From: Bacteroidales bacterium | Lineage (GTDB): Bacteria > Bacteroidota > Bacteroidia > Bacteroidales > DTGW01 | DNA length: 64,000 nt | Direction: 5' to 3' | Assembly: GCA_049968755.1 (NCBI GenBank) | Contig: JBMFQE010000001.1 | Coordinates: 75,883 to 139,882, forward strand | In this document: positions 28,874 to 38,191 of the stretch, piece by piece | How positions within the stretch are numbered: position 1 is the first letter of the stretch | Layout: the number at the start of each line of letters is the position of its first letter | Translations under genes and position numbers: made by a program | The notes under the pieces: model-generated | The model's database searches: none | Seen by the model: the letters and a program-made list of their open reading frames with translations, nothing else | What the model was told of the DNA's origin: nothing

Positions 28874-29650
28874 ATGCAGAGGGCGAAAATATTTCAACGG
28901 GTTATTGTACTTGTAGCTATTATTTTAGCAATTGGTTGCCAGAAGGAAAAGCAGCCATTTGCGCATATCCAGCTTTACCTGAAGGATAGCCAGGTAAAAA
29001 TTGATTCATTACTAATTACTATCTATTCGGTTGAACTACTTTCCGATAGTCTTCGGTACAGCGAAAAAATAATTTTAAAAAAACCGCGACCGATCAATAT
29101 TTTACAATATACCAATGATAAAGATACCTTACTGGCCGAACTGTTTTACGATGCACCCTTCGTTGAAAGAATTATCGTAACTTTTGGTTCTTCGCATTGG
29201 CTCTATCGAAAAGGGAAAGGTTATCCCATTCAACTCAATGATACTGTATATAACTTTAAGCTACGTAATCCCATTGCTTTAAAAAGTGAAACCATAAACA
29301 AGCTTTTTGTCGATTTTGATTGTTACTTTGCTTTGCAGAAGAAGCAAGAGAAATGGATACTAAATCCGGTGGTGCGTTTACAATCGGCAGATAGTACGGG
29401 TGCTGTGAGGGGAAAGATTAAAAGCTCAGGAGAAATGCCGTTTGTATGGCTTATTTCGGCACATGACACCCTGAGCACTTTACCACGCCAGGATGGTTTC
29501 TTTTATATACTTTATGTTCCTCCAGGCAAGTATTCGTTATGGGTATTGGTTTCGGAAGATGAGGAAAACGGTATTCCTACGATGATTATGGACAATATTG
29601 TGGTAGAACCCTCAAGGGTTACTGGTGTGGGAACCCTTTTAATCAATTGA
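28874..29650 (+). CDS. Lipoprotein, DUF4382/carboxypeptidase-regulatory-like fold (tentative)
   Basis: Lipobox AIILAIGC at the ATG 28874 start. The C-terminal GFFYILYVPPGKYSLWV resembles CarboxypepD_reg-like beta-sandwiches. Confidence 0.5.
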   Translation: MQRAKIFQRVIVLVAIILAIGCQKEKQPFAHIQLYLKDSQVKIDSLLITIYSVELLSDSLRYSEKIILKKPRPINILQYTNDKDTLLAELFYDAPFVERIIVTFGSSHWLYRKGKGYPIQLNDTVYNFKLRNPIALKSETINKLFVDFDCYFALQKKQEKWILNPVVRLQSADSTGAVRGKIKSSGEMPFVWLISAHDTLSTLPRQDGFFYILYVPPGKYSLWVLVSEDEENGIPTMIMDNIVVEPSRVTGVGTLLIN

Positions 29651-29653
29651 GTC

Positions 29654-30391
29654 ATGCCCACGGTTTCACAAAAGCGAAGACGCCCTTTTGTTTTTAAGCA
29701 GTTTACCATATATCATGATAGATGCGCCATGCCCTTGAGTACCGACAGCATATTGCTGGGGGCATGGGTCAGTATTGATACCGATCGTTATCTACTCGAT
29801 GTGGGTTCGGGGTGTGGAATTATAAGCCTTATGCTGGCTCAGCGTAATCCATTATGTACTATTGATGCCATTGAAATAGATTTCGAGAGTTACCAGCAGG
29901 GGCTCGAAAATATTAATGCGAGTCGCTGGGTAGGTCGTATTCATGCCTATCATAACAATTTTGTCGATTATGTTAGGCAATGTACCCAAAAGTACGATCA
30001 CGTTGTGTGCAATCCTCCTTTTTTTCAGCATGACTTGCAATCGCCGCACAGCCATCGCACGATTGCCAGGCATGCTCATTCACTCAGTTTTGCCGAACTC
30101 ATTAAGGGGGCTACTGCTATTCTTTCCGATCAAGGTAAATTATCGGTTATTATCCCATACAGTGGGAAGGATGATTTTATTAGGGAATGTTTAAAAAATG
30201 ACCTTTTTTGCATCCGGGCCACCGGCGTCCGTTCAACAATTCGTATGCCCTTCATGCGTAGCCTGTTTACCTTTGCCAGGGTTCCTCGTCCCCTTGAGGA
30301 AACTATACTCACCTTGTATCATAATGGCCCGAAACAACCTACTGCCGAATATGCGCAGCTTACCAAAGCTTTTTACCTAAAAATGGAATGA
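29654..30391 (+). CDS. tRNA1(Val) (adenine37-N6)-methyltransferase-like SAM-dependent methyltransferase
   Basis: FKQFTIYHDRCAMPLSTDSILLGAW, SAM motif DVGSGCGIISLMLAQR, and the catalytic NPPFF. Confidence 0.75.
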   Translation: MPTVSQKRRRPFVFKQFTIYHDRCAMPLSTDSILLGAWVSIDTDRYLLDVGSGCGIISLMLAQRNPLCTIDAIEIDFESYQQGLENINASRWVGRIHAYHNNFVDYVRQCTQKYDHVVCNPPFFQHDLQSPHSHRTIARHAHSLSFAELIKGATAILSDQGKLSVIIPYSGKDDFIRECLKNDLFCIRATGVRSTIRMPFMRSLFTFARVPRPLEETILTLYHNGPKQPTAEYAQLTKAFYLKME

Positions 30392-30491
30392 TTCCAGAAC
30401 ATGAAAGGAATTGGCATTCCAAAAGTTTCAATTCCCTGATGGTATTACTTAATAATTTTATTTCCTTTGCTGCAGCAAAAAAAGATTCCGC

Positions 30492-30499
30492 TAAATTTG
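30492..30499 (+). promoter_or_regulatory. -7 promoter box TAAATTTG
   Basis: TAnnTTTG match 30 nt upstream of the aspS ATG. Confidence 0.45.
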
Positions 30500-30528
30500 C
30501 AAACTCATTAACTAAAAATTTGGAATAG

Positions 30529-32283
30529 ATGTACCGTACTCATACCTGTGGCGAGCTAACGATGAAAAATGTGGGTCAGCAAGTTAAGCTGGCTGGATGG
30601 ATTCAACGAATCAGAAATTTAGGAGGCATGACCTTTATTGACTTACGCGACCGTTACGGTATCACGCAGTTGGTATTCAACATGGAGAAAAATTCCGGGC
30701 TATGTGAAAGAGCTCGTTCACTGGGTCGTGAGTATGTAATTCAAATCGTTGGGAAAGTTGCTGAGCGTGAAAATAAAAATCCCAAGCTGCCTACCGGTGA
30801 CATTGAAATCATAGTTGAGGAATTAAAAATAATCAATCCTTCAGCTATTCCACCTTTTACCATTGAGGACGAGACCGACGGAGGCGAGGAATTGCGCATG
30901 AAGTACCGTTATCTTGATCTGCGTCGCAATCCGTTAAAAAATAATCTATTGTTGCGTCATCGGATGGCCCAGGAGGTACGCCGCTATCTCGACGGGCAGC
31001 AGTTTATAGAGGTAGAGACGCCAGTACTTATGAAATCGACTCCTGAAGGGGCGCGCGATTTTGTGGTACCCTCGCGAATGAATCCGGGTCAGTTTTATGC
31101 TCTTCCTCAGTCGCCCCAAACGCTTAAGCAAATTCTCATGGTAGCCGGTTACGACCGCTATTTCCAGATTGTGAAATGTTTCAGGGACGAAGATTTGCGA
31201 GCCGACCGTCAGCCCGAATTTACCCAGATCGACTGCGAAATGTCGTTTGTAGACCGCGACGATATTCTGCAAACCTTTGAGGGGCTTATTAAGCATTTGT
31301 TTAGGGTGGTTAAAGGTATAGAATTTACGGAGCCTTTTCCGCGCATGAGCTATGCTGATGCCATGGCTTACTATGGGAGCGATAAGCCCGACATTCGCTT
31401 CGAAATGAAAATAGTGGAACTTACCAACATGGCTAAAGGAAAGGGATTTGGGGTGTTCGATCAGGCCGAATATATAGGATGCATCAATGCTACTGGCTGT
31501 GCAGAATATTCCCGCAAAGAGCTGGATGCTCTTACCGACTTCGTAAAACGTCCCCAAATAGGTGCAGCTGGGATGGTTTATGTAAAATACCATGCTGATG
31601 GTAGCATAAAATCTTCGGTCGATAAGTTTTATTCAACGGAGGAATTACGTTCGTGGCTCGATGCCGCAAAGGCACAACCCGGCGATCTGTTGTTGATTCT
31701 CAGTGGCGATAGGGAAAAAATACAAAAAGCTTTGGGGAACTTGCGGCTCGAAATGGCAGATAGGTTAGGCCTACGCAATCAAAACATATTTGCTCCGTTG
31801 TGGGTAATAGATTTTCCACTGCTTGAATGGGACGACGAGTTGCAGCGCTATTTTGCCATGCACCATCCTTTCACCGCTCCAGTAGACGAAGATATTCCGC
31901 TATTCGATACAGATCCTTCAAAAATTAGGGCAAAGGCTTACGACATGGTCATTAACGGGGTTGAGGTTGGAGGGGGCTCGGTGCGAATCCACCAGAAAGA
32001 ACTGCAGGCCAAAATGTTCGAGACCCTGGGCTTTACACGAGACGAGGCCGAATACCAGTTTGGTTTCCTGATGAATGCTTTTCAGTATGGAGCTCCTCCG
32101 CATGCGGGCATAGCATTCGGTTTCGACCGACTGGTTAGCCTTTTTGCGGGTCTCGACAGCATCCGCGATGTTATAGCATTTCCCAAGAACAATGCCGGCC
32201 GCGACCTGATGCTTGATTCACCTTCGTATCTTACCGAAGCCCAGCTCAATGAGTTAAAAATAAAGGTTATCGCCGACGAATAA
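30529..32283 (+). CDS. aspS: Aspartate--tRNA ligase
   Basis: Class II motifs ([35 protein letters not shown]) and a bacterial-type length. Confidence 0.95.
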   Translation: MYRTHTCGELTMKNVGQQVKLAGWIQRIRNLGGMTFIDLRDRYGITQLVFNMEKNSGLCERARSLGREYVIQIVGKVAERENKNPKLPTGDIEIIVEELKIINPSAIPPFTIEDETDGGEELRMKYRYLDLRRNPLKNNLLLRHRMAQEVRRYLDGQQFIEVETPVLMKSTPEGARDFVVPSRMNPGQFYALPQSPQTLKQILMVAGYDRYFQIVKCFRDEDLRADRQPEFTQIDCEMSFVDRDDILQTFEGLIKHLFRVVKGIEFTEPFPRMSYADAMAYYGSDKPDIRFEMKIVELTNMAKGKGFGVFDQAEYIGCINATGCAEYSRKELDALTDFVKRPQIGAAGMVYVKYHADGSIKSSVDKFYSTEELRSWLDAAKAQPGDLLLILSGDREKIQKALGNLRLEMADRLGLRNQNIFAPLWVIDFPLLEWDDELQRYFAMHHPFTAPVDEDIPLFDTDPSKIRAKAYDMVINGVEVGGGSVRIHQKELQAKMFETLGFTRDEAEYQFGFLMNAFQYGAPPHAGIAFGFDRLVSLFAGLDSIRDVIAFPKNNAGRDLMLDSPSYLTEAQLNELKIKVIADE

Positions 32284-32296
32284 TAGCTTTGAATTT

Positions 32297-33295
32297 TTAG
32301 GCAAGCGACTTAAACTCTTCGATAGCGGTTTCTAACTTTCTCAGTTCGAGCTGAAGATTACTAATGGATCCCATGATATGGCCAAATGTCTGGGCACTGC
32401 CTTCTTTTTGAGCTAATATGAATGCCTGCTGCTTGCTTATTGACTCCAGAATTTCGGCTATTTGACTAATCCGTTCAAGCGTGTGATGTGAAATGTTCAC
32501 TATCTCATTTGCAATGACTCGGAAACCCTTCCCATTATCTCCTGCCATATGCGCTTCAATCGATGCGTTGATGCCTAAAATTTTTGTCTTCTCCGATATT
32601 TCCTTGATAAAAGCAAGAATCTGGTCGGTTCGCTCTATCAACCTATACATCTGATCAATCGAATGATATAAATTGACCAGTTCATTTTGAAAAGCGGCCA
32701 GCTGACGGCGCAGGCTCTCAAAATTATCAATCATAATGTCTACCTTATGTACTAATTGATCGCTCCTGGTTACCCGCTGATGAATATCCGTATCGATGGT
32801 TACCATGTTGCGAATTTGACCATACTCATCGAGAATCGGTACCAATGCTGTTTGTGTCCAAAGTTTCTTGCCTGTCTTAGTAATATTTAGTGCTTCGTAA
32901 CGATAAGGGCGTTTGTGTGTTTTTATAAAGGAAATTCGCTCCTCTACGTTGGGACTAAATGATGTTTGCCGGTAGTTTTTCCCCAGTGCCCTGGTGAATT
33001 CAGCATAATTGTATTCATACATTTTCGAGAAACCCTCATTGATCCAGAGTATATTACCATCGTTGTCCATGAGCATAATAGCATTGGGACTTTGTATTAC
33101 CAGATCAGCCAGCGTTTTATAAGCTTCTTGTTCCGATTGTATTGTTTCCAGTTCTTTTTGCAAATTATGCAGTTCACTTTCAATTTTATCTTTTTCATGT
33201 ACCAGTTGTTGTACTTTTTTCAATAATTTCCTGTTTTTAATCACTATCAACATTGAAAATCCTACCAATAAAACAATTATGCCACTTAGAAACAT
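32297..33295 (-). CDS. Membrane-anchored PAS sensor with a methyl-accepting-chemotaxis-type signalling domain
   Basis: N-terminal TM segment, coiled coil, PAS (LMDNDGNILWINEGF...) and an MCP hairpin-tip-like segment LGINASIEAHMAGDNGKGFRVIANEI. Confidence 0.7.
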   Translation of the reverse strand: MFLSGIIVLLVGFSMLIVIKNRKLLKKVQQLVHEKDKIESELHNLQKELETIQSEQEAYKTLADLVIQSPNAIMLMDNDGNILWINEGFSKMYEYNYAEFTRALGKNYRQTSFSPNVEERISFIKTHKRPYRYEALNITKTGKKLWTQTALVPILDEYGQIRNMVTIDTDIHQRVTRSDQLVHKVDIMIDNFESLRRQLAAFQNELVNLYHSIDQMYRLIERTDQILAFIKEISEKTKILGINASIEAHMAGDNGKGFRVIANEIVNISHHTLERISQIAEILESISKQQAFILAQKEGSAQTFGHIMGSISNLQLELRKLETAIEEFKSLA

Positions 33296-33335
33296 ATAAT
33301 AATATATTATTTTAATTAATTTTATTATCTTTAAT

Positions 33336-33376
33336 TAATATATTAAATAATTTAGTGTTTATTATTTAATATATTA
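33336..33376. repeat. Perfect 16-bp A/T-only inverted repeat with a 9-nt spacer
   Basis: TAATATATTAAATAAT (33336-33351) and ATTATTTAATATATTA (33361-33376) are exact reverse complements, 41-81 nt upstream of the start at 33295. Confidence 0.8.
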
Positions 33377-33489
33377 TTAAAAATGCTGGTTTTTTGTGTT
33401 ACTTTATAAGTTAAAAAAATATACCATGGGGTGAGATAGAAAGAAAAATTTCGGAAAAAAGATGTAAGTTGCTTTTTCTAAAAGCATGA

Positions 33490-33530
33490 AAAAAGAAAAT
33501 TAGGCTTCAACCCTTACCGCTGAAGCCTAA
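33490..33530 (-). terminator. Intrinsic terminator downstream of tRNA-Pro
   Basis: The minus strand reads TTAGGCTTCA-gcggtaagggt-TGAAGCCTAA followed by TTTTCTTTTTT. Confidence 0.65.
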
Positions 33531-33544
33531 TTACCAAATTATTG

Positions 33545-33618
33545 TCGGGGTACCTGGACTCGAACCAGGGGCCTCCTGCTCCCAAAGCAGGCGCGCTAGC
33601 CAACTGCGCCACACCCCG
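33545..33618 (-). tRNA. tRNA-Pro (anticodon UGG)
   Basis: The reverse complement CGGGGTG TG GCGC AGTTGGCTA GCGC G CCTGC TTTGGGA GCAGG AGGCC CCTGG TTCGAGT CCAGG TACCCCG A folds as a canonical cloverleaf. Confidence 0.9.
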
Positions 33619-33634
33619 TATGACATTTATGCCG

Positions 33635-33642
33635 CAAAATTA
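33635..33642 (-). promoter_or_regulatory. -7 promoter box TAATTTTG for tRNA-Pro
   Basis: TAnnTTTG match 17 nt upstream of the tRNA 5' end. Confidence 0.5.
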
Positions 33643-33787
33643 ATGAGACTACTGAATATTACAATAGCTTTACCCATTTTTTTTGCCTAATTGCAAAACA
33701 GATGTAAAACTGCCAACCTATAAACGTTGATGCTGCGGGTATTGCAAGTAAAGGTGGGGTTTAATCAATTTATATCGGGCTTTTGCC

Positions 33788-33795
33788 TATCTTTG
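33788..33795 (+). promoter_or_regulatory. -7 promoter box TATCTTTG
   Basis: TAnnTTTG match 31 nt upstream of the recF TTG start. Confidence 0.4.
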
Positions 33796-33825
33796 CCCTG
33801 AATATGCTGGCAAAATACCTTTAAG

Positions 33826-34947
33826 TTGATTCTCAATAAGCTATCTTTGGTAAATTTCAAGAACTACGAGCAATTGACCATTGAGTTGTCGGACCGGATC
33901 AATTGCTTTGTAGGTAATAATGGGGTGGGCAAGACCAACCTGCTTGATGCTATTTATTATCTGTCGATGTGCCGCTCGTATTTCAACAATGTCGATCTGT
34001 ACAATATCCGCCATAATGCAGAGCTGTTTGTTATTCAGGGTGAATATACTGTTTCCGGCGGATATTCAGAAGAAATTCTTTGCAGCTACAAAAAGAATGG
34101 CCGAAAGGTTGTAAAGCGCAACAAGAAAGAGTATGAAAGACTTTCGGAACATATTGGTCTTATCCCGGTGGTAATGATTACACCCAACGACAGCACTTTG
34201 ATTACCGAAGGAAGCGAAGAGCGTCGGCGCCTGATCGATACAATTATTTCGCAGTACAATAAGAGCTATCTCGAACAGCTGATACAATATAATCGCATTC
34301 TTCAACAACGCAACCGTTTGCTTAAAAATACGTCTGGCCAGGTTGTTACCCCATTCCTCGAAATGTTCGATGTATACGATGAGCAACTGGCCATGGCTGG
34401 GAGGTTGATACATACCGAGCGAAAAAAATTTATCGCTGAATTCCGGGCTATATTTATTGAAATGTACCAACAAATTGCCGGAAACACCGAGCAGGTAGAG
34501 CTGCACTATCAATCGCAGCTTCAAGAAGCCGATCTGCTGCAATTACTCCGACAGAATTTTGCTAAAGACCGACAGTTGGAATATACATCGGCAGGTATAC
34601 ATAAAGACGATTTACTATTGCTCATCGATGGTATGCCCGCCAGGCGGATAGCCTCACAAGGACAGCAGAAAACATTTCTGGTTGCCCTAAAGCTGGCTGA
34701 ATATAGCCTTATTCATAAACACAGTCAGAAAAAACCCCTTCTCCTACTCGACGACCTTTTCGACAAGTTTGACTATCAACGCGTACAACGCCTCATTGAG
34801 CTAACCCAGCAAAATCTTTCGGGGCAAATTTTTATTACCGACACCGAGCTGGCTCGTATTACTCCTATTCTTAAGCAGGTAAGCAACGGCCACTTTGTAT
34901 TTCGAATCGAAAGTAACGAAGCGGTGAGATTGGAATACGTTTTGTAA
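33826..34947 (+). CDS. recF: DNA replication/repair protein RecF
   Basis: LSLVNFKNY N-terminus, Walker A GNNGVGKTN, signature SQGQQKT and Walker B LLLDD. The TTG start sits at the expected N-terminal position. Confidence 0.92.
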   Translation: MILNKLSLVNFKNYEQLTIELSDRINCFVGNNGVGKTNLLDAIYYLSMCRSYFNNVDLYNIRHNAELFVIQGEYTVSGGYSEEILCSYKKNGRKVVKRNKKEYERLSEHIGLIPVVMITPNDSTLITEGSEERRRLIDTIISQYNKSYLEQLIQYNRILQQRNRLLKNTSGQVVTPFLEMFDVYDEQLAMAGRLIHTERKKFIAEFRAIFIEMYQQIAGNTEQVELHYQSQLQEADLLQLLRQNFAKDRQLEYTSAGIHKDDLLLLIDGMPARRIASQGQQKTFLVALKLAEYSLIHKHSQKKPLLLLDDLFDKFDYQRVQRLIELTQQNLSGQIFITDTELARITPILKQVSNGHFVFRIESNEAVRLEYVL

Positions 34948-35008
34948 AATTTTTTATTTAGAATAAATAAAAATTGCTAACTTAGCCAAATGGAAAAACT
35001 TGGGTACC

Positions 35009-35518
35009 ATGGTAAACGATGATGTGAAGGAAACGGTAAAAAAGCTTTTCACAGAATATCTGGAACGGAAGGGGCACCGTAAAACGCCAGAACGATATGC
35101 GATATTGGATGAAATATATTCGCGTACGGGGCATTTCGATATAGAAAGCTTGTACGTTTTTATGAAGAATAAAAACTATCGGGTAAGTCGTGCCACCCTG
35201 TACAATACGATGGAATTATTGCTAGATGCCAATCTGGTAGTGAAACACCAATTTGGCAAAAATATAGCCCAATTTGAGCGTGCTTTTCAGTGCTTGCAGC
35301 ACGATCACCTGGTTGATATGCGCACGGGTAAAGTAATAGAATTCTGCGATCCTCGCATTCAGCTTATCATCAAAACAGCATGCGAGATGAATAATTTTAC
35401 CCCTTCCCATCATACCCTTTACATTTACGGTTATAGCAATGATAATGGGAACGGGGAAGAGGCAATGCCCATGAAAGCCCTTGAGATCAAGGGATCAAAT
35501 GCTGAAAAAACATCATAG
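35009..35518 (+). CDS. Fur-family transcriptional regulator
   Basis: Winged-helix part ([21 protein letters not shown]) and Fur-like length. The ATG is at 35009. Confidence 0.7.
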   Translation: MVNDDVKETVKKLFTEYLERKGHRKTPERYAILDEIYSRTGHFDIESLYVFMKNKNYRVSRATLYNTMELLLDANLVVKHQFGKNIAQFERAFQCLQHDHLVDMRTGKVIEFCDPRIQLIIKTACEMNNFTPSHHTLYIYGYSNDNGNGEEAMPMKALEIKGSNAEKTS

Positions 35519-35523
35519 ATTTA

Positions 35524-36459
35524 TTAGATTCCGCCACCAAATTCGAATAATGTTTCCCGAGGCCTTCCCTGAACTACTTTAGAGTAGGGAGGTAAATCCT
35601 GAGTTATCCACACGTTACCTCCAATGATTGATCCTTTTCCTATGGTTACACGTCCCAAAATAGTAGCTCCGGAATAAATGACTACATCGTCTTCAACGAT
35701 GGGATGACGGGGCAATCCGCGCATAGGATTTCCCTCGTTGTCTAATTTAAAACTACGGGCGCCCAGGGTAACTCCTTGATATATACGGACATTGTTGCCA
35801 ATAATCGATGTTTCACCAATTACTACTCCTGTGCCATGATCAATGACAAAGCTTTCCCCAATTTGTGCACCCGGGTGTATGTCGATGCCGGTAGCACTAT
35901 GGGCCATCTCGGAAATAATGCGTGGAATTATGGGCACCTGCAGTTCGTATAGTCGGTGAGCAACCCGGTAATAGGTTAACGCTTTTATTCCCGGATAGGC
36001 AAAAATAATTTCTCCATATCCCTTCGCGGCCGGATCGTACATGTACATGGCCTTCACATCTTTCGATAGTTTTTCGCGAATTTCGGGCAACGACTGGATG
36101 AAAGCCAGCGAAACCGATTCGGTGTCAATCTTGCAAGTATCGCATGCCTCGCAATCTTCGGCAGTGCAGTCGAAACAATAGCCGCGTTTGATCTGTATCA
36201 TCAGCAATTTGAGCAACTGGTCCACATTTACCCCCATATGAAAACGTATGGAATGGGGCTTAATCGACGCATTGCCAAAATATCCCGGAAACAAAATTTC
36301 CTGAACTATTTCCATGATCTCCCTTATTGAGTCGATGGAAAGCATCTCCTCATGCTGCAACGGTTTGTGATACACCTGTTCGTAGCTCTGAGGCATGGAT
36401 AGCTGGTCAACTGTAGCATCAATAGCTTGAATGACTCGTTCGTTGTAATCGATGGTCAT
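35524..36459 (-). CDS. cysE: Serine O-acetyltransferase (long, EpsC-like form)
   Basis: Left-handed hexapeptide repeats (IHPGAQIGESFVIDHGTGVVIGETSIIGNNVRIYQGVTLG) and the SAT N-terminal helical domain. Confidence 0.85.
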   Translation of the reverse strand: MTIDYNERVIQAIDATVDQLSMPQSYEQVYHKPLQHEEMLSIDSIREIMEIVQEILFPGYFGNASIKPHSIRFHMGVNVDQLLKLLMIQIKRGYCFDCTAEDCEACDTCKIDTESVSLAFIQSLPEIREKLSKDVKAMYMYDPAAKGYGEIIFAYPGIKALTYYRVAHRLYELQVPIIPRIISEMAHSATGIDIHPGAQIGESFVIDHGTGVVIGETSIIGNNVRIYQGVTLGARSFKLDNEGNPMRGLPRHPIVEDDVVIYSGATILGRVTIGKGSIIGGNVWITQDLPPYSKVVQGRPRETLFEFGGGI

Positions 36460-36484
36460 GGCAGAATATGTTAAATTTCAGAGG

Positions 36485-36492
36485 CAAAGGTA
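36485..36492 (-). promoter_or_regulatory. -7 promoter box TACCTTTG
   Basis: TAnnTTTG match 26 nt upstream of the cysE ATG. Confidence 0.45.
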
Positions 36493-37037
36493 TGAAAAAT
36501 ATTCCCCTATTTCCCGAAATAAATACAATTTTTGGAATCAAATCATCCGTCAATAGTTTTCACAGATTATAACGCGTGTGAATATTTTTTAATCGTTGCC
36601 GACTGGACTATACGTTTTTATCGGTTATTTCCCAGTAAATTAAGCATATTAATATTTTGTTCCGTATGAACGTAAGAATAGCTAAAATAAAGACTACATT
36701 AATTGAAGAAAAAATAATGAAAACTTTAACCGGAAAACCATTTTTTGTATTAACTTTAATAGTAACAGAACTAGAAGTGGATTTATCTTGTTATAGCAAT
36801 TATTTAGGACGAGATAAAAGCGCTCATATTAAGCAAGGGGTCGGTTAAGGTTAGATCCATATGAGGAGTGGCAACCCAAATGGTTTACCTATGAAAATAA
36901 TTGGCAAGAATATGGAAAAGAAAAATTCAAGGTCCAAAAATCCTTATCATCAGGATCCTATTCCGCTTTCTCAGGAAGACAATATGGCTGAAGAAGAGCT
37001 ACTGATGAAAGATGAGGATATATAGGAGTTTGCATAT

Positions 37038-37829
37038 TTATTTACCTCTGCTGGTAAGCCAGTTCAACCATTGATCCATGCCCATGCCGGATTTCACGGA
37101 AAGCTCAATAATTTTTGCATGCGGATTAATGCGTTGTACGTATGATTTGGCTTTCTGAATATCGAAGTCGAGATAAGGCTGCAGGTCAATTTTGTTGATC
37201 ACGACAAGGTGTGACGAATGAAAAATATTGGGGTATTTCAGGGGTTTATCTTCCCCCTCGGTGACGCTAAAAATAACCACCCGGAAATTTTCGCCTAGAT
37301 CAAACAGGGAAGGGCACACCAGATTCCCTACGTTTTCGATAAAAAGTAACGAGTTTTCTGCGGGATTAAGCTGATGGATAGCCTGATTAACCATGTTTGC
37401 ATCGAGGTGGCAACCATTACCGGTATTCACCTGTACCACATCTACGCCGGTTTGCTGAATACGGCGAGCATCATTGTCGGTCTGCTGGTCGCCCTCAATT
37501 ACGTAACATTTATGTGAGCTGCCAAGGGTTAGCAGGGTTTGTTCGAGCAGACTTGTCTTACCTGCTCCGGGTGAGCTCACTAGGTTGATTGCAAAAATAT
37601 TGCGAGCCTCGAAAAAGCCCCTGTTTCGTTCTGCTATCCTATCGTTAGCGTGCAGAATTTCGGTTTCTAAAGAAATATGACTATGTCCCAAATGCTCATG
37701 GGGATGCGTATGGCTGTGCTCGTGTGTATGAAAAGTAGGTTGCACAACGAGCCCTTGTAAATTACCTTGTCCTGGGCGATAAATTTTGGGTTCATTCTGA
37801 CTTCCCCCACATCCGCAAGTGCTGCACAT
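37038..37829 (-). CDS. hypB: Hydrogenase/urease nickel-insertion GTPase HypB
   Basis: MCSTCGCGG N-terminal Ni site, a His-rich stretch HTHEHSHTHPHEHLGHSH, P-loop SSPGAGKTS, ENVGNLVCP and NKIDL. The start is moved to the ATG at 37829 because a TAACTTTG box lies inside the longer ORF. Confidence 0.9.
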   Translation of the reverse strand: MCSTCGCGGSQNEPKIYRPGQGNLQGLVVQPTFHTHEHSHTHPHEHLGHSHISLETEILHANDRIAERNRGFFEARNIFAINLVSSPGAGKTSLLEQTLLTLGSSHKCYVIEGDQQTDNDARRIQQTGVDVVQVNTGNGCHLDANMVNQAIHQLNPAENSLLFIENVGNLVCPSLFDLGENFRVVIFSVTEGEDKPLKYPNIFHSSHLVVINKIDLQPYLDFDIQKAKSYVQRINPHAKIIELSVKSGMGMDQWLNWLTSRGK

Positions 37830-37844
37830 ACGATTATTTTTTGA

Positions 37845-37852
37845 CAAAGTTA
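37845..37852 (-). promoter_or_regulatory. -7 promoter box TAACTTTG for hypB
   Basis: TAnnTTTG match 16 nt upstream of the ATG at 37829. Confidence 0.45.
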
Positions 37853-38164
37853 GCAATTATTCCGGGCTTTTATCAAAATTCACTAAAAATTGTCCTGAAT
37901 GTTGAATGAAGGACTTAACCTAATTTATTGATTCCAATCAATTTAGAATCATTTTTAATAATCATTTTGTTAAACTTTAAACAGGCTATTTAAAACGATT
38001 TTTTAAATTTTTATTTAGATTAAATTTATAAAGTAATAAAAATATTATTGTAATTTATTGATATTTATTAATTTAAAAATTTAATTTATTTAAAAAAATA
38101 ATGATTATGTAAAAATTCTGGATATTAAGACTTTTTTATCTGTTTAATTTATTTTATTTTTGGT

Positions 38165-38172
38165 TCAACAAA
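38165..38172 (+). promoter_or_regulatory. -7 promoter box TATTTTTG
   Basis: TAnnTTTG match 20 nt upstream of the ATG at 38192. Confidence 0.35.
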
Positions 38173-38191
38173 ATCAAAAAGGAATTGTCCT

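Noticed and set aside
30946-31593. 215-aa minus-strand ORF inside aspS. Similar long antisense ORFs occur at 34066-34542 (recF), 21155-21616 (hydA), 53639-54061 (menF), 55748-56245 (menD/menB), 38174-38536 (sigma gene), 40499-40888 (exbD/exbB) and 10481-10870.
   Set aside because: All lie fully or largely inside genes with unambiguous conserved motifs on the other strand. They have no recognisable motifs and no promoter box.
36657-36848. 63-aa ORF in the hypB-cysE gap as a genuine gene.
   Set aside because: It has no promoter box or recognisable motif, and the neighbouring frames carry equally protein-like fragments. It is treated as part of a possible decayed gene rather than annotated as a CDS.
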